This document shows, in pieces, positions 50,051 to 63,883 of a stretch of 64,000 bases of DNA. The stretch comes from Mesotaenium endlicherianum (lineage: Eukaryota): positions 537,984 through 601,983 of the forward strand of contig WELA01002318.1 of assembly GCA_009602735.1 (NCBI GenBank), written 5' to 3'. The position numbers were made by a program, and so were the translations under genes. Under the pieces are notes generated by a model that worked only from the letters and a program-made list of their open reading frames with translations, did not search any database and was not told the origin of the DNA. Position 1 is the stretch's first letter; every line of letters begins with the position of its first letter.

Positions 50051-53000
50051 TGGGTGCAGTCTTTGGGCAGAGGGACGACCTCCCGGATGGGACAGGTGTC
50101 GCCCTCCCGAAGGTGGTGGTGGTGTCGTACGCGATGCTGAAGCGGCTGCGCGCCAGCCTGGCGCGGCGCCCCTGGGGCATGGTCATCGTAGACGAGTCGC
50201 ACAATGCGCGCACCTCCAAGAGGCGCGCCGAGACCGACGACGTGAGGTCGCGACACCTGTCCCGTCCTGTCCTGTCCCGCGCCCTCCCCTTCCTCCGCCG
50301 TCGCCGCCGCCGTCACGCTGACTCCTGTCCCCTCCTGGGCTGACCTGTCAACTTCCTGAGGCGCAAACTTGGGCGGCCGCAGGGGCGATCTTTGTCTAGC
50401 GCCGCCGCCTCCTTTGGGCCCGCCCATCCTACTCCTTCCCTTCCCTTTGTTTTCTTCCACCCCAAGCCCCTCCCCCCCTCTTGCCTTCTCCCTCCCACCA
50501 AGTAAAATTTAAACTAGAAAAAATGCTAACAGATGGGGCACTTTCTGCCCTCTCTGTCTGCAAACCCCCCAACCTTGTCGTTCCCTCTCTCAGCCCTTCT
50601 TCAGCATAGAAAGGAATTAGAAATTATAAGCAGAATTTTCTCCAGAAATCTTGGAGAAGGCAAAGACATCAGTTGTGCCTGTGCTGGGGGGGCCAAGAGC
50701 AGCCAGTGCTGACGTGGCGGCCATGCGGAAGACTGCCGGCAGGAAAGCCGCAATCGAAAGTGCTTCATGGAGTGTCAGGCCGCCCGCTTGATGCTTCCGG
50801 CAAGTGGACTGTGGTGTTTGCTTGTCCATCTGGGCATGTCTGACATGTATGCGTGCGTATGAGCGCGGGTGGGCATGGGTACAGACGCAGGCGATGCTGG
50901 AGCTGGTGCGCAACACCAGGAGGGCGCTGCTGCTATCAGGAACGCCCTCCCTCACCAGGTGGCGCTCCCTCCCTCTCCCTCCCTCTCCCTCCTCTCCCTC
51001 CCCCTCTCCCTCTCCCCCTCTCCCTCTCCCTCTCCCTCTCCCTCTCCCATCCCCTCTCTCTCTCCCCTCTTCCTCTCCCTTTCTCTCTCCCTTTCCACCT
51101 CCCTCTCCCTCTGCCTCACTTTCCCTCTTGGGCCATGACGCTGCACCTCCGCCAGCCACTAGCTCTCAGATTTACATGTCAAGCAGGTCCCTTCCCTCCC
51201 ACCTCAAATGAGCCTCCCTTGCATGTCTCGGGTGCGAACGCTCAGGTCTTGGATGTCTAACAGTCTGTCCTGCCAGCACGTGCTCGCAGAGCGGCCAGCT
51301 GTCTCTCTGCCGGAGGCCTGAGCGAGATTCACGAGGCTCACACATGGTCACAAGGTTGGGGTGCTTGTTACTAGGTGCGCGCGCGCACGCACGCGCAAAC
51401 GCACACACACAGAGAGAGAGAGGGAGGGAGAGGGAGAGGGGGAGAGAGAGACACGCTCACGCAACTGACAGGTGTCGTGCTCGCGTGTGTGCGGCTGCCT
51501 CTGCTGACGCGGAGGACACGTGGCAGACCATTTGACATCTTCAACCAGATCGACAGCCTGCGGTGGGTCCCTGTCCTCCTCCCCCTTTCCTCTCCTCGTG
51601 CTGCAACCAGACAGACAGGCAGCGGTACCCGCCCGCCTGTTCCCGCCCCGCGTTCTTGCCTGGGCTGGGCCGGGGCAACTGGGCCGGGGAGGCGGCACCA
51701 GCCAGCCAGCCCCATGCATGCATCTAAAACAGGAGCCTGCTTCTCAACTCCTCCCCGCTCTCATACAGGGGTGCGCTGGCGTGGGGCGCGGGGCGGGGCC
51801 GGGGGGGGGGGGGCAAAAACAGGCCGGGGCTGCTGGGACGCAACAAGTACGAGTTTGCGCGCCATTACTGCAACGTGCAGCGCCGCCTCATTCGCGGCCG
51901 CCTCCACACTGTGAGCGCTCCAAGGCCTTGATTCTGAGGGCGAGGGGGAGGGCTCTGGCTACCGGGGGTTAGGGAGGGTTGAGGGCATCTAATCTCGCGT
52001 CTGCAGTCAAGTCTTCAGCTGCCACCTGGATCGCACACGTGCGTTGATGGTTGAGCCAAGCCTGGCTTTGCTTCCTGGACGCCAGCCTGACAGGTGTCCT
52101 TTGCTGGTGCACATGCGGGGGCGTTTCCAAGCAGCCCCTCCTCCGACTGCAGCTGTCGGCTCTACAGCTGACCACGCCGTTCGCTAGGCAATTGGTACTG
52201 CACTTGACTCTGGTTCGTCTGTGAGTTGCGCTCGCAGGCCAGCGCGCTGCTGCTGCCGACTCTGCTGTCGTCCTGCTGACTCTGCTCTCGTCGTTTGTCG
52301 CATGCATGAGCGGCGGCTCTATCTGTGCACAACGCATTTGGGGGGGGGGGGGCGCGCGCGTGTGGGAGCGAGCGAGGGAGCAGAACTACTCGGGGGGCGC
52401 GCGGCTGCAGGAGCTCAACGTGCTGCTGCGCCAGACTGTCATGGTGAGTGCTGCGACTGGGCCCCGCTGGCAGGCAGGCAGGAAGGCAGGCAGGCAGGCT
52501 GGGGGACTGGGAGGCAGTGGCGCCCCCCATGCCCCCGGGTGTTTGCAAGTGCCTGGCTCCCGGGGCCTCAGGGGCTGGCAGGTGCACGTGTTGCTCTGAA
52601 GGGGGATCGCGCAGTGCGGACCGGCAAGTAGGCAGGAAACCTCCCCTTCTGGGCACTCTGTGTGTCCCTTGTTCCTCTTTTCAAAGCTTGGCACGTACGA
52701 GAAGCTGCCAGCTGCTGCTGCAGCTACGCGCGCGTGCGCGAGGGCGCCGGTCACCTCTGGCTTTTTCTGGGGGGCTCGGACGCAGATGGGCTCGTGAATG
52801 GTGGTGGTGGTGGCGGAAAAGGCAGCTGTCGTCCTTCGTTGTGACTCAGCTGCCAGATGTCAGCAACCCGCGTTGACTACTTCGCTCAGGCAGAAATCAG
52901 GGGGGGGGATAGTCTTCTTGTATGAGACTGTGCACTCTGCGTTGGCACCTCTGGGGGACCAGGCCTGCCGTGGCGCTGGGCCTCGTGCGAGTCATACATG

Positions 53001-53109
53001 GGGAGGAGAGGAGGAGAGGAGGAGAAGAGACACAGAGCACAAGAAAGTGCATCCATCTCACCACCTGTGCTCTCGCGCTGCTCTCTGCCTTGCACTATCT
53101 CTTGCCCCT

Positions 53110-53148
<39 letters not shown>

Positions 53149-53544
53149 ACGGTGGTGGGGCAGGTGAGGAGGCTGAAGGCGGACGTGCTGATGCAGCTGC
53201 CGCCCAAGCGGCGCCAGGTCATCCGGCTCCGCTTGGAGCCCGCAGACATCAGCAGCGCTGTGACCCGTGCCAAGGAGCACGTGCCACCTGGCACACGACC
53301 GAGTAATCATTCCAGAGCCGGCCAGCTGACAGCCTGCGAGCCTGCTGCTGCCAGCTGTGCTTGTGGAGGCGGAGCCGCCACTTCAGATGCAGCAGCATCA
53401 GCAACAGTGACAGAAGGAAAAGGAGGAACTGCCAGAGGAGCAGCCGCGGCAGGAGGAGGAGGAGGGGCAGCAGCAGCAGCCGTAGGGAGAGCAAGTGAGT
53501 GGGCCCTGCATGCTTGCAGCACCAGCAACGGAGCAGTCGGCCTC

Positions 53545-53575
<31 letters not shown>

Positions 53576-55379
53576 GTGGCGTGTGCGCGGACGCGTCGAC
53601 AGCAGGTGGAGACGATGATGATCAGGACGAGAACAACGACGATGACGAAGCTGACGACAGCGCTCCACAGTCTGCAGGCACGCTCGCAGGCACAGGCAGC
53701 CACACCGGGACCGGCACCGGAGGGGCAGCAGAGGTAGAGGTGGGGGGCGTGGAGGACCCAGTGGGGGGTAGGAGGAGGAGGAGGAGGCTGAGCCCGCAGG
53801 AGCTCGGCATTGCCAAGCTGCGCGGCGTGCTCGAGTGGCTTGCCGACCACCCCATCTTTGTGGAGGCTGGGCGGGGGGCCGCGGGCGGCGAAGCCTGCGC
53901 CGTCGACGTCAGCGATGACGACGGCGGCGACGATAGCGGGGAGGCAGGGGAGGGGCAACGGCGCAAGAGGAGGAGAAGGGGGAGGGAGGAGGGTCCAGTG
54001 GGAGTGGTGCAGGAGGAAGAGGAAGAGGAGACTTTGCGGGAAGGAAACTTGGCATCTGCGGAGACAGAGACGCGCCAGGTGGCGCTGTCAGGCAGGGGGG
54101 CAAGTGGCAATGGTGGCGGGGACACATCTGCTGCGGCAGCGGCGGAGGAAGAGGAGTTGGAGACGGCCGCGGCGAGAGAGAAGATGGTGATCTTTGCGCA
54201 CCACCACGAGGTGCTGGACGCGCTGCAGGCGTTCCTGGTGGCGACAGGTGTCGAGTTCGTGCGTTTCGACGGGCGCACCACGCCCCTCGACCGCGCCTTG
54301 GCGCTCCGCAGCTTCTCGGCGCGGCACTCCCAGGTATGCCACCTGGTACCACCTACACGTGTCGATGCCAGGTGGCGGCAGAAGGGGCACCGCCACGTGT
54401 CACCGCGAGGTGAGGCATGACACACGCTGGAGAAAGCGTGTGTGCCCGCACGAGAGCAGCGCACCCCCCTCACCCTCACCTCACCCTCACCCTTACGCTC
54501 ACCCTCACCCTCTCCGTCCATCTCTGTTCTCCCCTCCCCCCCCCCCTTTTACTAAAATCTTGGATTTGCTGCTCCCTTGTGGTCTGTCTGGAGCTCTCCG
54601 CATCGCACGCCAAACTCTGAATCCTATTGGCTGGTTGCGTTTGCCTCCGAGAGTAAGCTCTAAGAGACTGAACCCTCCACACGTGCTGTTCCAGCTGAAG
54701 GCCTCCCGCCTCGGGCTCCACGCTCCGGGCCTCTGCACCGCCGCGCACCATACACCGAGATTCTAGACTCCAGCTGTATCAAGCACCATGGAGTGGACAT
54801 TAATGTACATCCTCACCGAGCACATAGTCAAAACTCTGAGTGCGTTTGCCCTGAGAAGGTTCAAACCACCACCATCAAACTCGGGTTCGACTTTGTCCGC
54901 ACGCACACCTCCAGCACCTCTTATTTCCTCCATGCCTCCACATCCTATTCAAACATCTCAAGCCACTGAAAGTGTCAGCCTCAGCTTGATCCTCCGATTT
55001 GAAGTCTCTCCTTAATCATGCACACCACAGCACCAGGCGTGGACCAACGCAGTCGTGGCACCACCTGGCACGAGGGCTGACGATGCGTGCTCTGCATCTG
55101 TTGGGGGAGGGGGAGGGCGGGCGGGGTGGAGTGTGCAGGTGCGGGTGGCAATCGTGGGGATCACTGCGGGAGGCACAGGCATCAACCTCTCGGCGGCTGA
55201 GAGCGTGGTGTTTGCTGAGCTGCCCCGCACGGCTTCCGACATGCTGCAGGCTGAGGACAGGTGTCACCGCCGGGGCCAGCTCAGCTCCGTCAACGTCTAC
55301 TTCTTCTGCGCAAAGGTGCGTGCCTCTCTCGGCTCACTTGGCTCACTTAAGAAGAGAGAGAAAGCATGTGTGTGTGTAT

Positions 55380-55428
<49 letters not shown>

Positions 55429-58400
55429 TGCGCGCGCGCACGTGTGTGTGTAAGAGAGAAAGAGGAGGCTGCCACTAGGAGCAACCATAAGTGTAACTGC
55501 TGTCCATTTACCCCTGAACTCTTGTCTGGGGCGTCCCAGAGTCGCCAGCTGCAAAGAGGTACCTACGGCAGGCGGGGCGGTCAGCTCGACGAGGGCTAGT
55601 GCACTGTACCTCACACTCTTTGCCCTGACCCCCTCCCTCCCTTCCTCCCTTCCCCGTATGCGTGTGCCTTCCTCTGTGTGTGTGTGTGGGTGTGTGTCAA
55701 TGTGTGTGCTTGTGCATGCGGGTGCGCATATATGTGTCTGACTTGAAGGGGACCAAAGAGCTGACGGAGGCTGCTGCTGCTGTGCTGCTGTTGCTGCAGG
55801 ACACGGAGGACGAGGTGATGTGGCAGGCCCTGAGCCGCAGTGTGGAGCGCGTATCGGCCGCCATCAACGGCGCCGACCGCATCGTGGACGGCCTCGAGGT
55901 GAGCCACAGCTCAACCTGAAGCTTGCGGATGTGGAGTGCGTGCAGCCTGGGGCCTGTTGGTCACCGTGCCTCAGCCATGTGGCGGGAGGGGGGGGGCATC
56001 AGCCTCTGACGTTCAGGCCTAGTGAGGTCTGTGGAGAGAGAGAGGGGGAGGGGGAGCAGGAGAGGGAGAGGGAGCCAGAGAGAGAGGGAGAGGAGGAGTT
56101 ACGAGAGGAGTCCAAGGGCAAAGCGGGCGCACAGCCTCACTCCCCTCTAGGCAGAGCCTGATATGCATCTTGATCTGATGGGTCCTCTCCACTGGGTGCT
56201 CTGCGCGTCGCACGTGCTTGACACCTTCTGAATTGCTTCCTGCCCATGCGCGGATAAGAGAGGGCATGGGGGGCCTCTTCTCTGGTGACAAGTGGCTATA
56301 AGGACACGAGCGTGTCGTTGAAAGGAGGTGCATCTCCCCGCACATGTGTTGCTGAGCAGGTGGACTCGGTGATGAGTCAGCGCCCTCCAGGCCCCAGCAA
56401 GAGCCACGCCTTTAGGATCCGCCGCGAAGCCTCCTTGTGCCACCTGGCAGCTGTTCCTGAGCTCAGTCCCCCAACAGGGGTTCACGCAGGAGAGGAAGCT
56501 GCTGCTGCTGCTGCTTGCTTGCTCCCCCCAGCACCGCTCGCTCCCAGTGTGCCACCTGTCATCCAGGACGCATCAACAGCTGGCGCTGATCCCGCCTTGC
56601 AGCTCCCACTCTCAAAGGAGCCCCCGCCGTCGCCATTAGGCGTTGCAGCGGTGCCAACTGGCCTTAAAGCAGCGCCACTTGGCGCGAAGATAAAGCCACC
56701 TGGCACCGACGTGCTGCCACGTGACACCACTGCGGCAGGCCTGGAAGAGTCGCCTGCTCCACATGAGGTCTATGGCTCCCATCGCTCGGGGCAGCTTTGT
56801 CCCGCAAGAGAATTGCTGGGGGGGGAGGCGAGTGGGGCAGAGACGCCCGAGGACGGCTCCCGGAGACGGTGTCTCCCAGAGACGTGCGCGGTGTCCCCCA
56901 CGTCCCCGCCTGCAACTGCCACCTGGACAGGCCCACCGCGGCCGGAGAGCTTGGCCAAGAGAGCGAAGTGGTCCGGCCCCCGAGGCAGTGCCAGGGCGAC
57001 AGATGGCGGCAGCCCGGCCAGCCCCGCGTGCAGATCTCTAAAATTTGGTCCAGCTGGCAGCGGCGTGAAAGCCAAGTCCTGCAAAGATGGCCAGGTGGCG
57101 GCAGGTGGTGCTGCCAGCGGCGATGACGACATGGCAAAACGAGAACAGCGCAGCGAGACTCTGCTCTTTGAGGTGGGTCCCCTGCTGCCCGCACATCCCG
57201 GTCAAAAATCTGCCAGCCGCCCGCGGCACAACTACCCCAAGGTGGCTTGCTTTGTGATTATCATCATCATCATTTGTTTCTGCAACAGCACTGCACTTCA
57301 TCCACGCCCCCTCCAAACAAATGGGGTAGGGGGTAGGAGGCGGGTGCGCGTGCTCTGCGCCCCTGACAGCGTTGGGGTCTGGACCTGCTCTTCACCGAGT
57401 GTACTTCTTGGAAGTGCCTGGCTTGGGAGGAGGGGGATTGAGGGGGGGCGGGGGGTTGTGTGAGGTGCAGGTGAGCGTAAACACAGGGAGGGTGCACGTG
57501 TATGTCAGAGCCTTCCCGGATTCGGGAGCTGGGGCCGTGCCACTTGGCGCCAACTTCCACCCTGAGGAGCTGGAGGTACCGGGCGCAGCTGCTCGGGCTG
57601 GGGAAGGGGAAGAAGCACACAGTATGCTGCCTCTCTGGCGCCAGAGGGAGTGCCAAGTGGCAGCCTTGCAGTTCCTCTCGGAATGGAAGGCCCTCAGGCC
57701 CGTCTTAAGGCGGCGCCTTGCTGGCAGGCCCCTGTGCTGCCCTCTGGAGCTGGAGCTGCAGCGTGCGGCTGACCCTGCGTTTGACCCCCACGTATGTAAC
57801 GCCTGCGTGCATGCTTGGCGCGCCTGCTCTGACGTGCCAGCTGGCACCGTCCTATTGCTTTCGAGCCCATCCCTCTTCTGATCTTGCCATCTTGCCAGGG
57901 CCGCAGCCTGGCATTGCGGTGATTGCTCTTGCTTCCTGCGCTTACATCGTCCTTGCTTCGTGGCTGACTCCCTGGATGCTGCCAATGTGGTACCTGGAAA
58001 AAGCTGTCTGCTTGCATTCACCCGACAAATTGACATGGACTGCCGCACGGATAGACAAAGGCACAGACAGCCAGGGGTCTGCCTGGGTGCTTTGGAGGGG
58101 GGGAGATGTGGAGGTGAAAGGGCAGCCTGGCAGTGTCGTTCCTGTGGTATCTCTCAAACCCGTTCCATTTCCGTTTTGTTATGCGGCAGGGTGTCCTCGT
58201 GGGCGGCAGCAAGCGGAGGATAACGCCGCGTGATGAGGTGGCAGCGCCGGACCCAGATGGCTCCAGGAGGGTGCCACTTGTCCTCCAGGTGCGGGGCAAC
58301 AAGCGCAGGCAGGAGGAGCAGGTGTGGTCGGCCAATGAAGAGCCTCTGTGCCACATGTGCAAGCTGCCCTGCCGGTACCCGCCTGTCCTTCCCCGCAGGC

Positions 58401-61400
58401 CATGCCCGCGCGTCCTCGTCAGCGCTCTGGGCCAATCGCGAGTCACCAATCCGCCAAGCAGTGCCTATGCTGCTGCTGCTCAGAGGAACTCGGAAGTGGG
58501 AGTGGATGAGAGCACGAGTGCTAAGCTTCAGGACTGATGCGTGGCCGTGAGATTAAGCGGGAAGCTGTCAGGATGTAATTTCTGGCCCCTCACTTTGCCC
58601 TTCTCCAGCACAATGATACTCGCAGATGTACATAGTGGGCCGCCAGGTGGCTGCGTATACTGGCAGCGCCCCGAGTCTAAGACAGCAGTGCGCAGACAGC
58701 CCTGGCCTGCCATGACACAGGGCAGCCGCGCTGTCGTATGGGCGAGCCTGACAGCGGTCCGAGGGCGTGCCACGTGGCGTGAGCGTGAGCAGGAGCAGCA
58801 GGGCGCGGCGAGCGGCAGTGTTCAGCGATCTGTTCTGCACGCGCACGTGTGTGGACGAGTACCTGGGCAAGACCAGCTCCGCCTACGTCCGCTCCGTGAG
58901 CCCCCATGCCCTGACGCTACTCCTCTCTGAACTCTAATTGCAACCCGAAGTCTGGAAGCTGTCGGTTCTTGCTCCTATGGGTTGACCCTTACCTTCTGAG
59001 AGAGAGAGAGCGCAGAAGTGCTGACTCCTCTTTGCCCCCTGGGCCTACCGCCGTTGCCTGCGCTCCCTCAGGTGGTGTTCGAGATGGAGAGGGGAGTGTG
59101 TACGGGGTGCCACCTGGACTGCCACGCGCTCGTCGAGTGCGCGCGCGTGCTCCCGCCCGCCCAGCGGCGCCGCTACATCCTCCAGAAAGCGCCGGCATTC
59201 CAATCGCACCCCGCCATGTGAGCCACCGTCCGCCCGCCTCCCACCGTAGATCAGCCAGGCCGCTTGGGGGGGGNNNNNNNNNNNNNNNNNNNNNNNNNNN
59301 NNNNNNNNNNNNNNNNNNNNNNNNNNNNNNNNNNNNNNNNNNNNNNNNNNNNNNNNNNNNNNNNNNNNNNNNNNNNNNNNNNNNNNNNNNNNNNNNNNNN
59401 NNNNNNNNNNNNNNNNNNNNNNNNNNNNNNNNNNNNNNNNNNNNNNNNNNNNNNNNNNNNNNNNNNNNNNNNNNNNNNNNNNNNNNNNNNNNNNNNNNNN
59501 NNNNNNNNNNNNNNNNNNNNNNNNNNNNNNNNNNNNNNNNNNNNNNNNNNNNNNNNNNNNNNNNNNNNNNNNNNNNNNNNNNNNNNNNNNNNNNNNNNNN
59601 NNNNNNNNNNNNNNNNNNNNNNNNNNNNNNNNNNNNNNNNNNNNNNNNNNNNNNNNNNNNNNNNNNNNNNNNNNNNNNNNNNNNNNNNNNNNNNNNNNNN
59701 NNNNNNNNNNNNNNNNNNNNNNNNNNNNNNNNNNNNNNNNNNNNNNNNNNNNNNNNNNNNNNNNNNNNNNNNNNNNNNNNNNNNCCCGGCGCACCTCCCT
59801 CCCTCCCTCACCTTCTACCTCCTCCTCCTCCTCCTCCTCCTCCCTCCTCTCGCGTACCTCCTTCTTTTGCTTCCTCTCCGTTCTGCTCCCTCTTTCTCAA
59901 GAAGCACACGCCCGGCGGGGATTGATTCTCTTGCTGCCCAACACTCGCGAGCAGAAGCCCTGCCCATGTCCAGGGTGCAGCAAGTGGGGCTTTCGGATCT
60001 GCTTGCTCGCACCTGCATGCGGCGCCAATGCTCCCTCGCGCCGCCCGGGCTCTACGGGGGGAGCAGCGCTGGGGATCTCGCTCGACTCATCCTCGGGTGC
60101 TACGCTGTTCCCGCGCTTGCAGGCTGCAGAGGCTGGTCAAGGACTGCCTGGAGGGCAACGCTTGGCACGCGGACCACGTAGTGCCTGTGCGCGACGGCGG
60201 AGGTGCCGCCTCCACCCTGACCCTAAACTTCTATCAAGCCCTGAGCCTAATCCTTAGCCTAGACTAACCCTGAAACTTTTGACCCACGCACTCTCCCTAG
60301 CCCAGAAGCCTGAGCTGGCCGCCAAGACGAGATGGGAATCGTGCGGTATTGCCTGCACGTCGCAGAGCCACCATCGCACCCCTCTCTTCTGCGGCGTGTT
60401 TGCAAATTTGGTCCTCGCTCACGGTCCCCGATGCTTGTGAGTTTCTAACTTGTCCTCTTCGCGTGAGCACTTGTTTCGGGGACGCCTCTGCTTCTGGGCG
60501 CCGGTGCCTGCAGTACAAAAATTAAACCGCAAATGAGTCCTGACATGATCATAATCATAAATTAATATGCATACACGTAAAATATAACTGTATGGTGATG
60601 CGTCCATGCATGCATGCAAACACGCATATACGGCAACGACTGGCACGTGCGGCGGGGCAGGAGAGTGCGCGCTCGAGAATCTGCGGACGCTGTGCGTGGC
60701 GTGCCATGCCGCCAACACTGCCGCCCAGAAGAAGCGCTGGGCGGCAGAGAGGCGGGCGGCGAAGGAGGCTCAGAAAGCCCCTCCTGCGTGTGCCCCCAAA
60801 CGAGCCAACGCTGGCCGGGAGACGCGCGCGGGCGCCAAGTGTCGCATTGAGGACCTGGCCAGGTTCCGCCTTGACCAGGTGAGTGCATGGGTGTGGGGCG
60901 TAAGTCTCAGAGTGACACGCGATAAATGTGCCACTTGTCGCCTTGCCACCTGGACCCTCTTACCTTTCACACATGTCCTTGTGCCGTATGCGCCAGTGGG
61001 AGTTGGATACGGGCGGCTGTCGGCAGTCGGTCGGTATTGCCACAGGCGCCACGTGTGGCACCTTAAGTAGGCGCCAGCTCATAGCTACCCGTGGCAACGG
61101 GCAGCTCCTGCCATTGCACGCGTGGTGCAGATTGCACGAGACTTGCTTTGAGTATTTACTCGCCGCCTCTTTTGCGCTTCGTCCTCTTCTGTGCTCAGTT
61201 GTTGTCCGCAATTTGAAAAGTCCAGCGGCTCTTCCTCTCCGTTGAGACGTGCAAGCCGTCAGACACAAGAGAGAACTCGTGTCTTCCTCTTGGGTGGCAC
61301 TGCGGGCGAAAGCGGCCAGTGGAAACTTCTGCTGATGCCACTTGTGTTGCACATGCTTGCAGGTCTCATGTGAAGAAGCATGCTCACAGGCGCCGACAAG

Positions 61401-61713
61401 TGGCGCCAAGAGCTCGGGCGACGACAGTGACTTGCTCGGTGTCGATGTGGGGGGCAGTTCTTACACCACCAAAGACCGAACTTCAAAAGATCAGAACGCA
61501 GACTCGGGCTCTTGTGTTAAGAAAGGTGGACCACTCCGGAGAGGCCTTGGCACATCCACCAGCCCTTGGCTTGTGGAGGACGAGCAGAAGGAGAAAGAAG
61601 AAGAGGAGAACGAAGAAGAGAAGGAGGAAAAGGTAGAAGGAGAAGGAAAAGAAGGAGAAGGAGACCAAGAACCAGAACAAGAACTAGGAGACAAGGAAGG
61701 AACAGGTACGTGA
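46789..61713 (+). CDS. ZRANB3: SNF2-family annealing helicase with C-terminal HNH endonuclease (ZRANB3/SMARCAL1 group). Approximate exons 46789-47493, 47695-48087, 49638-49770, 50060-50241, 50885-50958, 51527-51562, 51823-51910, 52384-52443, 53164-54333, 55139-55315, 55800-55898, 56360-57172, 57471-57791, 58190-58374, 58802-58895, 59072-59217, 60123-60202, 60661-60878, 61363-61713
   Basis: Motifs LLPFQREGV..GRCLIADEMGVGKTIQA, LVVCPA, IVDESH, LLSGTP, RPFDIFNQI, VRRLK.DVL.QLPPKRRQ, KMVIFAHHHEVLD, AGGTGINLSAA..VVFAEL, QAEDRCHRRGQ and HNH WHADHVVPVRDGGGECALENLRTLCVACH. Start codon and last exon less certain; two N-gaps fall in introns. Confidence 0.93.
48140..49011. other. Assembly gap (others at 39458-39899, 42602-42658, 59274-59784)
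   Basis: Runs of N, each bounded by G or C homopolymers. Confidence 0.99.
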
Positions 61714-63095
61714 GGTTGAAGCCCCACGAGATTGATGGAGAGCGGGAGAGTGGTCACCATTTAGTGACCTTGTCCAATGCAAGGAGAGAATGCAAATTTA
61801 CGACAACAAGCGGCTCGCTTCCATTCGATAAATGGTCGCAACATGCTCGTGTGTCGGGATTGTAAGAGGACAACGGCATCACAGAGGGTAGCCCACCGTG
61901 AGGTTGGGATGTGAAAATGAAGGTATAGAGGTCAAGGTTGTAATGAATGTAGGTCCTTTTAGGCTACTTGCCTGTTGGTGAGAGGATGACCAAGTAAGAT
62001 GGATGCGTATGAATGCACTTCACTCAGTAACATCATATAAGGGTGGAAGTTGTCAAACCTCGAGATAAATTTATTGCACTTTGTGTCCCACACTGGAGCA
62101 ACTCGACCGTCTGTCACTAGTAGTGCACAGTGTACAAAGTAACTCAAAGGTAAGACTTAAAGCTACAAAAGGTCGAGAGCCAGAGGAAGAGAGCTAACTA
62201 TTCTTGTGGAAGATTTTATGCTAACAAAAATATTGTTCCACAAATGCTGATCTTGTTTGCTAATGTATGGAACATCTAGTTTTGCGACTAAGGAAATATA
62301 AAATTCCGGGTCGTCCAAGAAACGTTTAAGCCCAGCAGTAGCAAGAAAGCTGCTCCAGGAAAATTGAGAACTTTAGACGCAACCCATGCCACTGAAGGTC
62401 AGATCGAAACGTGACAATTTCTTTCAAGCATGAGCTATATCTAATACCAGTTTGCCCATACAACAGGAAGTGAAGTAGACACCTAGCTAGGTATTGGGAT
62501 TGGGATTGCTATATGCGTATACTTGTATTAACTTTTAGGCTTTGTTTTTGAAAAAGTGAGGAGAAGAAATTACATACTCAAACCCACTCAAACCACTTAC
62601 TACTTGTACTACCATAGACAGAATCAAGCTGTATTCTTGGTTTTTGCTTAAACGCCTAAATCTGAAACTAAAATAATATCTATGAATAATAGGGAGACGC
62701 GTGCCAACGTGAGCACCCAATTCTGGCTTTGCACGAGCCAAGCATTCACGGGCTTGGCAATGGCTTCCGCCCACACTTCGCTCCCGCCCTGCTCCATCCC
62801 AACTCTGCCACGCGGCTGTCGGAATCCTCTCGTTCCATTCGCTGACCTTCACACGTCCAGAAATTGGACTGGTGGTGGGGTGCAGGATGGGGCAGGGTGG
62901 TGCAGAGACAATATAAGCAGGGGGAACCTGATCAGTGTTGCGGGGAGAAATAAAGCGATCACTGCAAACAAGCTCGAAGCAATCACATGCGGTAGTACAC
63001 TTCCGCGCTAGAATGCTTCCATGAACCACTAGAGTTTCGAGACGTCAGAGAGAGTCAGATAAAGGCTTGTGAACTTAAGGGTTAAGAGAAGCAGC

Positions 63096-63883
63096 ATGGG
63101 CCAACTACTCTGTAAGAATGCAATAACCGACAATTGTCTTTTTGTTCATGGCTTCGAGATTGAGGATGGATTTGAAGCCCGTTGTTTTGTTCCTACAAAT
63201 GTGCCGAGATATTGATTCCCCATTTGCTATTATTTATCTCCTCCTGAATTTCACCAACTCTTGATCTTAATCTCGCAGATGTAGTCTCAGACTTCCAGCT
63301 TTCAGTATGGTGGACCTGCTCACGTATAGTAGTCCTATACCATTCCTGCATCTTGTGTGACATACAATGGAGAGGAACACGTAGAAGCCCACTGATTGAT
63401 ATTCTTCTTGGCTGAGTCAGCATGCTACAGCCAAGAAGGACGCCTATGAAAACCACTGATCACATGCTGCATTTTCATATTTTGCTTCTCTCTAATAGTA
63501 AAGGACTCAATCGCATGAGTCTGCCATGTATAATCATGGTCTTTACAAACAATGCGGTATCAGAGGAAGTGAGAAGCCCTCATGGCTTTGACTTGAACGT
63601 GAGCACAGTAATGCAGTGACAAACTTAAAAAAATCAAGCTGGGTACATCAGTGAAGCTTCTCTTGCTCGTCCAAGAGGAAAAGGCCCACCGCAACACAAC
63701 ATGGTTCGCTGTCTTAACTTGACTTGTCACGGTGGCGGGGGAAGCAGCACGGCAATTGAATAGACCGCAGCTGCAGCAGATGATCAACAAGGTCTTTAAT
63801 CAATTGGCTTCTCCTCGAGGAGGCCAAGGGGAGCGCTTCTTGAGTCAGGCCGAGCTTTACATCGGGGTCCTGCTGGTATACAA
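63096..63883 (+). CDS. 5' part of a small plant EF-hand-like ('calcium ion-binding') protein; exons 63096-63111 and 63748-63883; continues off the right edge
   Basis: ATGGGCCAACTACTCT|gtaag splices in phase to give MGQLLSRQLNRPQLQQMINKVFNQL...LSQAELYIGVLLVY(N). From memory this resembles a plant family with an MGQ start and an LYIAVLLVYNDIN motif. Confidence 0.65.
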
